NCBI GenBank assembly: GCA_012295275.1
Contig: CM022667.1
Location: 4,650,001 to 4,714,000 of the forward strand
From: Chrysomallon squamiferum
Taxonomy: Eukaryota > Animalia > Mollusca
Direction: 5' to 3'
DNA length: 64,000 bases
A model generated the notes under the pieces. It was given only the letters and a program-made list of their open reading frames with translations, had not been told where the DNA came from and did not search any database. Position numbers and translations under genes: made by a program. Of the stretch, positions 11,801-22,400 are shown in pieces. Each line of letters begins with the position of its first letter. Within the stretch, counting starts at the first letter, position 1.

Positions 11801-14800
11801 TATATATTTCAGGAAATTTGTTTTTATATTTCATTTGGATAATACAAGTACAGATTTTTAAAAAAGATTTTATTTATTTTATTTATACTGTGTTTATATA
11901 TATAAAAGAAACTAAACAACATAAAATAAAACAACAGACAGTATGGGCTATCAGATTTCAGTGTTATTTTACATTTCAGGCTCACAGGAACCTGTCTCAG
12001 TTACCAAACTTTGCTCTGTCAGTTCCACTGGCAATGTTTCACCAGGCACAACAGAATGACACTGACTGCGATGCTGCTGATGAAATGGTATGTTGTATCA
12101 GTGTAGTAGCTGTGTGTGTAACCTTAGAAGTATCCCATGCTTTGTGTTTCTCTCACTTTTAATGAATTTTATTGATTATTTATAAAAATAATTTTAGTGT
12201 CATTCTTCACTGATTTAATTAGTGAAATTAAAAATAATCATTTAGTGGTATCTTGTTCATGGAAAAATCTACCCACTCTGTTTTCAGGGTTCAGTTGTAA
12301 TAGTCATATTCTAGTTGTTTATTAATCTGTCTCTGTGTGTCAGTACGTCTGTCAGTATCTCTCTGTCTATTTCTCTGTTTTCTTTTCTCTCAGACAGCAC
12401 AACACCAATTCACACTTAATCTCTTTACCTTCTTGGTGCATGTGTTTGTGTGTGCATCTCTCTTTCGCTCTCTGAAACAGTATACTGATTATTTAAATGT
12501 GTGTTTGTGTGCATATACACACACACAAACTCTTTTAGTTACTATTCAGTTTACTATGACTGTTTTTTCAAAATAAACCTAATGAAGATAACAATTATTA
12601 TGTTTATTTAGAATTAACTGTATAAAATGTAGTTATGTTTTTGTTTCTTACAGCTGCAGAAAGGGTTGATAATGTTCCCAGGTTTTCTGATGTCAGTGTT
12701 AGACAAGTGTAGTGTACATCCTGATGCAAGAGTGTCTAGTCATCCTTTCTTTGGTCCTGCATCACAGTACAGGTAATCACATTTCTGTCAGGATACACAG
12801 AGTTTTTCTTTTACAGTTTCTAATGCTGTAGTTTTGTAATAAATTATTTATTCTTAATTAGTTGTTGACTGTGAACAATTTATCATCCTGAATATTGTTA
12901 TTTTCTTTTCTGTATGTTTGTTTCTTTGAATCTGTATGTTTATTTTCAGTCAATCCATGGCTTTAAAATCTATGGCTTTAAAACAGCTGATAGCTCTGTG
13001 TGTTTATTTTCAGTCAGTCTATGGCTTTAAAACAGCTGATAGCTCTGTATTTTTACTTTCAGTCAATCTATGGCTTTAAAACAACTGATAGCTCTGTATG
13101 TTTACTTTCAGTCAATCTATGGCTTTAAAACAGCTGATAGCTCTGTATGTTTATTTTCACAGCTGATAGCTCTGTATGTTTATTTTCACAGCTGATAGCT
13201 CTGTGTGTTTATTTTCAGTCAATCTATGGCTTTAAAACAGCTGATAGCTCTGTATGTTTATTTTCACAGCTGATAGCTCTGTATGTTTATTTTCACAGCT
13301 GATAGCTCTGTGTGTTTATTTTCAGTCAATCTATGGCTTTAAAACAGCTGATAGCTCTGTATGTTTACTTTCAGTCAATCTATGGCTTTAAAACAACTGA
13401 TAGCTCTGTGTGTTTATTTTCAGTCAATCTATGGCTTTAAAACAGCTGATAGCTCTGTATGTTTGTTTTCAGTCAATCCATGGTTTTAAAACAGCTGATG
13501 GCTTTAAAACAGCTGATAGCTCTGTATGTTTATTTTCACAGCTGATAGCTCTGTATGTTTATTTTCACAGCTGATAGCTCTGTGTGTTTATTTTCAGTCA
13601 ATCTATGGCTTTAAAACAGCTGATAGCTCTGTATGTTTACTTTCAGTCAATCTATGGCTTTAAAACAACTGATAGCTCTGTGTGTTTATTTTCAGTCAAT
13701 CTATGGCTTTAAAACAGCTGATAGCTCTGTATGTTTGTTTTCAGTCAATCCATGGTTTTAAAACAGCTGATGGTTTTTAAAACAGCTGATAGCTCTGTAT
13801 GTTTATTTTCACAGCTGATAGCTCTGTATGTTTATTTTCACAGCTGATAGCTCTGTGTGTTTACTTTCAGTCAATCTATGGCTTTAAAACAACTGATAGC
13901 TCTGTGTGTTTATTTTCAGTCAATCTATGGCTTTAAAACAGCTGATAGCTCTGTATGTTTGTTTTCAGTCAATCCATGGTTTTAAAACAGCTGATGGCTT
14001 TAAAACAGCTGATAGCTCTGTATGTTTGTTTTCAGTCAATCCATGGTTTTAAAACAGCTGATGGCTTTAAAACAGCTGATAGCTCTGTATGTTTGTTTTC
14101 AGTCAATCCATGGTTTTAAAACAGCTGATGGCTTTAAAACAGCTGATAGCTCTGTATGTTTATTTTCACAGCTGATAGCTCTGTATGTTTATTTTCACAG
14201 CTGATAGCTCTGTGTGTTTATTTTCAGTCAATCTATGGCTTTTAAAACAGCACTGATAGCTCTGTATGTTTATTTTCACAGCTGATAGCTCTGTATGTTT
14301 ATTTTCACAGCTGATAGCTCTGTGTGTTTATTTTCAGTCAATCTATGGTTTTTAAAACAGCTGATAGCTCTGTATGTTTACTTTCAGTCAATCTATGGCT
14401 TTAAAACAACTGATAGCTCTGTGTGTTTACTTTCAGTCAATCTATGGCTTTAAAACAACTGATAGCTCTGTGTGTTTATTTTCAGTCAATCTATGGCTTT
14501 AAAACAGCTGATAGCTCTGTATGTTTGTTTTCAGTCAATCCATGGTTTTAAAACAGCTGATGGCTTTAAAACAGCTGATAGCTCTGTATGTTTATTTTCA
14601 CAGCTGATAGCTCTGTATGTTTATTTTCAGTCAATCTATGGCTTTAAAACAGCTGATAGCTCTGTATGTTTATTTTCACAGCTGATAGCTCTGTATGTTT
14701 ATTTTCACAGCTGATAGCTCTGTGTGTTTATTTTCAGTCAATCTATGGCTTTAAAACAGCTGATAGCTCTGTATGTTTATTTTCACAGCTGATAGCTCTG

Positions 14801-17187
14801 TATGTTTATTTTCACAGCTGATAGCTCTGTGTGTTTATTTTCAGTCAATCTATGGCTTTAAAACAGCTGATAGCTCTGTATGTTTACTTTCAGTCAATCT
14901 ATGGCTTTAAAACAACTGATAGCTCTGTGTGTTTACTTTCAGTCAATCTATGGCTTTAAAACAACTGATAGCTCTGTGTGTTTATTTTCAGTCAATCTAT
15001 GGCTTTAAAACAGCTGATAGCTCTGTATGTTTGTTTTCAGTCAATCCATGGTTTTAAAACAGCTGATGGCTTTAAAACAGCTGATAGCTCTGTGTGTTTA
15101 CTTTCAGTCAATCTATGGCTTTAAAACAACTGATAGCTCTGTATGTTTACTTTCAGTCAATCTATGGCTTTAAAACAGCTGATAGCTCTGTGTGTTTATT
15201 TTCAGTCAATCTATGGCTTTAAAACAACTGATAGCTCTGTGTGTTTACTTTCAGTCAATCCATGGTTTTAAAACAGCTGATGGCTTTAAAACAGCTGATA
15301 GCTCTGTGTGTTTATTTTCAGTCAATCTATGGCTTTAAAACAACTGATAGCTCTGTATGTTGGGCGGTCTTTTCCTTGCTGGAAGGAATCAGAAGTGATG
15401 ACGTGGCTGGAGAAGAACGTCAGGATTGTGTTAGACAGAGTTGACAACAATGATCCACTGGTGGAAGAATGCAGAGAGAAGTAAGTGTTCACTTTTCAGT
15501 TTTGAATGTATTTAGTATCTAATTCTGTTTGGTTTCTGATTTAATTTAATTTATTTAAAGATTTATTATATTTATTTCAGTTTCTAATTTTTTTTAATTT
15601 TTTTTATTTAATTTAAATAAAGGTTTATTATATTTATTTATTTTTTTATTATTGTTTTATTTGGTTTAATTTAATTTATTAAAAAAAGTTTATTTATACA
15701 TATATATATACACTCAATACAATACTCACAATACACATCTAATTTTCTTTTTATTTAATTTAATTTGTTTAAATGTTTATTATATTTTTATATTATATTT
15801 TTTTATTTTCCATATTATATTTATTTTATTTCTGTTTCATATTTTATTTTCTATTTAATTTAATTTAATTTATTTTTTATTTTGTTTGGTTCTAATTTTA
15901 TTTTTTATTTTTTTTTATTTATTATATTTATTTTATTTCAGAAGAAAGGTTCGTTACCAGGGAACTCCAAGGAACATTCTGAGACACATTATTTTAGCAG
16001 AAGTAAAAGATGCAACAGCAGAACTTCCTCCTGTAAGTTGAATCTTTTGTCAGTCATAAATATTATTCAGAACAATTTTATTCAAAGATTTTTTATCTAA
16101 CATGCATACAAATACTTTAAAATTACTTACATATTTGTTTTTGTGTGTGTGTGTGTGTTTTGTAGATAGATAGATAGATAGATGCCTCAAGAATGTTTTT
16201 CTTATTAAAAAAGAAAATCATTTTCTAATTTGATCTCTAGGGATTTGAGTTCATTTAAAGATGACCATTGCAATGTATATTACAGTTTGCTTTACAAAGG
16301 TGTAGAACATTTCCATGCATGTATGTATGCATGTATGTATGTTGTATGTGTGTATTTGTGCATGTAAATTATGTAAAATAAGATTTCTGTTTCTCAGGAC
16401 CTAGCACACTCTCCAGTGTTGAGCTATGACCCTCTTCCTCCTCAGGATTCAGTTGCATCTTACACAAGACCTGACAGGTGAGTAACAACATTTTATCTGT
16501 AATTTAGAAAACACTGATAAGTAGACTGTTACATAAAAACAGACGTACAAACATACATACACCAAGACAAAAATATCAACACAGAGAAAACAAATATAAT
16601 TATAATTTTCATTATTTTTGTTTCAGGTCTCATGGAGGCCGAACGCAGGCCAATACAATATCTCTGTTCTGGAGATCACTTCTTCCTAACTACAACCCTG
16701 AGGTAAATTAATTTTATTTTGTTAATTACAATAAATAAATTATCATTAACAAATATTTTCACCTAAATAGCAACAAGTAATCTGCTGTTTGCTCTTTCTA
16801 ATGTATTTTATAACCGAAAAATAATATTTGGAATTAAAGAAACATATACATATATTTTTATTTCATTAAATTGAGTGTTTCTATCCCATTAATATTTTGT
16901 GTGCTCAAGTGTAATAAGTTTTTTCTTCAAATGTTTAAAGTGTATGCTTTATAACATTATAACATACAGTTTGCAAAAGGTAGGTCATGTCAAACTTGTC
17001 TGTTCTTCAGGAACCTGGTGAAGAAGAGGGCGCTGCAGGAGGAGATAACCCTCAGAATAACCTGCGTCGTGGAGTTGGTGTGTTGATGGAAGCTATGAGA
17101 GACTTGTTAAACAACATTCAGTTAGTTCCTCCCCCAGTAGAAAACAGACCTGAGGGGGAGGAAAGAGAAGATGAGGAATGGGAATAA
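7483..17187 (+). CDS. TCF25: TCF25/Nulp1 (Rqc1 homolog, ribosome quality control), ~666 aa, 17 exons: 7483-7674, 8023-8211, 8414-8547, 8826-8891, 9255-9340, 9594-9724, 9974-10073, 10399-10492, 11027-11119, 11549-11654, 11980-12087, 12654-12772, 15322-15480, 15942-16032, 16398-16477, 16627-16702, 17011-17187
   Basis: Starts MSSRALRR. Family motifs include [94 protein letters not shown], and a C-terminal EEWE. Exon phases sum to an open 2001-nt CDS. Confidence 0.95.
8678..8822 (+). repeat. (ATT)n microsatellite directly abutting the TCF25 exon 4 acceptor
   Basis: A long ATT/ATC run ends in ...tattattgcag|ACATC. Confidence 0.9.
12931..15361 (+). repeat. 2.4-kb minisatellite made of the TCF25 intron 12/exon 13 junction; 49-, 67- and 29-bp units, ~272-bp higher-order period in part
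   Basis: The unit is TATTTTCAG|TCAATCTATGGCTTTAAAACAGCTGATAGCTCTGTATGTT. The last copy continues into the real exon ([22 protein letters not shown]...). Confidence 0.97.
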
Positions 17188-19448
17188 TATATATTTAAAA
17201 ACTTATTTTTTAATCTTGCTGGATTTTCTTGTTTTTTTTTCTTCAAATAAAACAGAAAATGCTTGAGTGGGCAATAAGATACTGCTTTTGTATAATTAAT
17301 AAAAGTGAAGAAATAATTGTACTTTTTTTTCCCCCTGTAAGTATTGAATGAAATGAAAATAAAATACTCGTTTTTATTTCCTAGAAATATAAAAATAAAA
17401 TATCCTTTCATCTTTATGAAAATAAATATGCTAATTTTATTTCCTAAAACAAATAATTTGCATATAAAAATTTAAAAAATAAAACTATTTAAAAATATTA
17501 TCTGAATTCAACTAGTCTTTCTGCAGTAATTTTTCTCAAAATATTATTTTCAAAAAAGAAAATGTATTATATAAATTAATCAGATGTACAGGGTAGGTAT
17601 GAAAGGTTAATATATCTGTGATAGCTATGTGAGCAGATAAGAAATCTTAAGCATACTAAACTGAAAAGTTGGTGGCAACACATTGTGTATATCAAAATTA
17701 ATTAATGATTGTTCATATTGCAGCCTAGGTCCTTTCTGAGACTGCTGTATCGAAACAAATCATGAGAGAAATACGTAGGTTACAATTGATAGTATTTTTT
17801 ATAAATGTATGTAAAGGTTTATATCAGAATGTAATAAATAAATTTTAATCATGTAGGTGGTGGAAATAGAAATGTTCTTTGAGTTATAACATTTGAAACA
17901 TAAGTTGAAATAAACTTTTTTAACAACACTGTTTTCTGGTTTGTTATTTATTTAGTAAGATACTAAGCTGCAGCTAAAGGTAAATATTTATATTTGCAGA
18001 TAAAGGTAAATCCATTTATATTTGTTAAAGTAAATTATTTTACTGAAAGTATGATTTGAAGTTTGTGTAAATTGTTTTCCATAGTTTTATTTATCACTGA
18101 AAAGAAATTATTTTTAAAATGTGAGTTGTTGTTTTTTTAGTTTTATTGTTTTCACATGAAAGCAGAATATTAGATAAATGAAAAAAAAACAAATAAATTT
18201 ATGTAACATTTTACTGACTTTCCCTGTTTTCTAACAACACTAAAATAACATAATGATGACCTTTTTCAGATTTTTATTAAACCTTTTTCTTTTTTCTCTT
18301 TTTTTTATTAAATATATTTATTTAAATGATATTCCATGATTTTGTTTAAAAAGTGGAAGCCATTGTGGGCAGAGAAATACAAAATAAAATAAAATAAAAT
18401 AAAACAGAAAATAAATGAATATCTTTTCCTAACATCAAACAAACTGGTGCAAAGTGGGATATTTTGTGATGTCAGTATTTTTTAAGTTCAGTGTATTTTA
18501 GTGCATGTTCAAGTTTAATGGTTATGTTATTGAAGGAAAGGAAATATAAATTATGTAAATGACAAAAGAAAGAAATAAAATTTGAGTATTTGTAAGTTTA
18601 TTTACATTTCTTAAAAGCAGTTTAATAAAGAAATCCATGTTCAAGAAATCTATTTCATAATGTTTAGTAACATTTACCCAGGATCACATTACTTACATAT
18701 TTACACAAAAAAATAATATAATGTATATATAGACAGTTTACATTTGTTTTTTAAAATGTTTACAATTTTAATACACAAAATGTCCTCATTCAAATTCAGT
18801 TCTCACTGCATCAGTGACTCTTAACAAAAAAATCAAAAAAATATAATAACAAAATAAACAAATGTAAACAAAACAAAATTAACTGAAAATATATGGAAAA
18901 TATTTTGACACACCATAAATATTCCTCTGAACTTTTCAGTAATAATATATTTATTTAAAGTAGCAAATGTTGTACAGTTATTCTAAAAAAGTTACTCACT
19001 TTCACATTCACATCAATGAATTCTTTCAAACTGCAAATTTTGTCACAATTTTAAAACAATTATATGACATATTCTTTACCTTTCTCATCAAATTAACAAT
19101 AAAGCTTCAATTTTTGTAGCTTAGCAGTAATATTATTATTTTGTATATATGTTTTATACCACTTTGAGGTTCCAAAACATTCCTTGCAAATCTTCACAGT
19201 GTAATACATAATGTTCAAGTGAAACGAAACAGGTTTAAAATGTCTGACTCATACAACAGAACTGGCTGGCTAGTGAACATGGATGTGCATCACATGAAAT
19301 GTTGACTTAAAACATAACACAACATTAGTCTCTTCATCTTCCACTCACAAAGATGTAAATTCCTTTCTCCCATGTTTTTTTAAAAATCAAATTTGTATTT
19401 TTTAATTCATGTCCTTTGCATATAATTTTGTCTCTTTTTTAAATGGAG

Positions 19449-22400
19449 TTACTTCCCTCTCTTGGAAGAACCTCCCCGGGCCTTCTTTTTGGCTCCTCCC
19501 TTTTGTGGTTCAGCCTGAAAACACAGTGTAACATATATTAACAAACATCTGACAACAGTGACAGAAACATGATCGGTTGAATACTACACATACTTAGTTT
19601 TCATTTTAATGGTATTAGATGTCAAATAGAGAGCTTTTGCAATGATTTAAAATATATATATATATACTGCCTTTTTGTAACATAATTATAACACTTGGCA
19701 GCTACAGATTTTTTAAAATCATCTTATCTTAACTGTTTTTCTTAATTACTTCCAGAAATCAATTAATTTGCTAATTTGGTAAACAAAATAAAAAAACAAA
19801 ATAATAAAAAAAAGGAAAAGAAAATAATAATAATAAAGAAAAAGAAATAATAAATAAAGAAAGAAAATATTTATTAAAGTAACTATGTTTATTAAAATTC
19901 AACTTATTTCTTTGTATTCCTATTTGTACATTAAAGATTGCAATAACTGCTTTTACAAAAGGGAATAGAAAGAATAATTTAATTGTATTTTTAAAAATCG
20001 GGGAATTTTTTTGTTTATTATATCTGTATCCAGCTGTAAATAAAACTTGCCTTTCGCTTTGGAGTTGAGGAGGTTGAAATGATGTTGAAAAACGAGTCCA
20101 TTCTGCCCTGTGTTGTTCCCTGTTTCGCCTTTGTCAGTTTCTTTATTCCATTTCGGATTCTGTCCTCACTGGAAAACAAAACATTTCAACTAATTCTCAA
20201 AAATAAACATAATATTGGTTACATACTATTTATTTTGAGAATGTTTTCATCAAACATTATTTTTATCTGTTTATTTTGTAAACATATATTCAATGTCATG
20301 AATCAGAAAACTGTGTAGACATTATCAAATTACAGCTTTAAAATCATAAAGTACTATTAATAATATCAATCAGTTTATTTGAAATATTTAAAACAGGGAT
20401 TTCAGTAGAAATATCTGAATTAAAAAAAATAAATAATGAAATTGATGAACCAAAAATAACAAAATAAAATTATTTATGCTTACCTAAAACCTTTTTCTGT
20501 AACCATATATTCAATCAACTTCTCTTCATCTGGATCTGTCCATTTTAGCTTTTAAAAGAGAGACAAGGTTCAGAGATATAAACAACATATTACTTCCCTT
20601 ACCAGAGATCTCTATTATTTAAAAATTAGTAAATAACACATAAAGACAGTTAAAATGAGAAAACAGCCTACGATTGACTATATTCCAAGTGCAATTGATT
20701 AAAAAAATAAAATAAAATAAAATAATAAAAATAATATATAGTTAAATTTACTGACTTAACTTACCTCAATTTCTGAAGGATCTTTTACATCAGGACTTTT
20801 AAACAATTCTCTTGCTTCCTAAAATTAACAAAAAAACAAATAAATAAAATCCGTCCATCTATAAACCAAATTAACATTATCACATGTGTGAAGAGTTTTA
20901 TGCACATATAGTTTATTATTTTATTTTATTTTTGTGTTGAAATGGCACTTTTTCATAGGCTAAAATACATATTTTTAAATGAGATATTCACTATTTCTTT
21001 CATATCAGAAAATGTTAACGTCAGTTAATGTAATTAAGTTATTAATCTGTTACCAATTATATGTAAGAATTAGCACAATATTGACAGTAGAAAATAAACT
21101 AGCTGGAACAGGGAAAAGTTACAAATTACACCTTGAGATGAAATTACATCTAGGTTCAAAAATTACACACAATTCTCCAACAAAATTCCCTGTTTCAATT
21201 TCTGTTTTTTTTTTTTCATTGTGACTGCTATGAAAATTCTAAATACCTTGTACATCCAGTTCTCTGGCACTGAGTACTTCTAAAATAAAAAAACAAAAAT
21301 TATATTATTCAGTTTATGATTTAAGATAAAATGAAATCTATTTGGACAACTATGATTATCCCCTATTTTAAATATTTCAAATTATTCATTAATGTTATTA
21401 ATAATATTTTATAATTTTTACATTAATTTAAAGAATTTTAACTGATTCAGCAGAAAAGGTAATAAATTATAATTCAGTATCAGTCAGTTATTCAAAATGT
21501 GCTAATTACTGGTTTGTTTTCCATAAGGTCAAATTAATTAATTAATTTTTACTCTAGCTGGAACTTTAGGGTTTTACCTTTTTATCGAGATGTTCAATAA
21601 CACTGTCTATTGTTTTGTGCTGTTTTATCAACTCAATTGCTCGTTTTGGCCCAATTCCTCGAATTGAGTCACAGTAGTCGCATCCCAGTAAAATACACAA
21701 ATCAATAAAAAAAAAAAAAAAAAATAAAAAAAAAAAATTAATTAAACAAATAAAAAATAGGGTAAAAAACAACATAATAATTTTTATTTTAAATTAAAAT
21801 ATACTGTAGCAGAGGTACTGAAAGAAAGGGTACAGAAACACTGACAAAACAAATAAATAAATAAATAATTAAAAGTAGATATATACATATATGAATTTTG
21901 TTTTTAATCTAAATGTGAAAAATAATCTCATCTAATAGTAAATAATGCTATAAACTATAAAGGTAGTCAAAAATAAAATCTGAATATTAAATAAATAATA
22001 ATAATAAAAAAAACAAAAACAATAATAAATAAATGAAAAATATATATGATCGTAAAAATAAATACTAAAATAGGATAAATATTAAAATATCAGAAATTCA
22101 GAAATGGCTACCATAAAAAGAAAATCACCTCTTCTTGACTTAGACCTAATTCTTCCAAAACTCTGTTCAGATGTATCTCCTTGATAGGCAGCTTTCTGAA
22201 AATTATTAAAATATTTGTATTATAGTGTTCAACATGAAAGATTTAACAAATTTATGTCATTCTGTATTTTACCACATTTTAATAATTAAATTAAATTTTG
22301 TGTATCCTCTAAACATATAAATTTCAGAAATCAAACAAAAAAAAAAAAAAAAAAAAATTAAAAAATTAAATAATTAAAATTTAATAAAAGAATAAATTTA

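Noticed and set aside
12931-15361. CRISPR-like array or a coding repeat gene (ORFs at 14022, 14472, 15241)
   Set aside because: There are no unique spacers and no cas genes, and the context is eukaryotic. The ORFs are frame-cycling reads of the repeat unit.
15361-15385. Suspected frameshift in TCF25 exon 13 next to the array
   Set aside because: On re-reading, the sequence is TCT TTT CCT TGC TGG. The exon is 159 nt and in frame.
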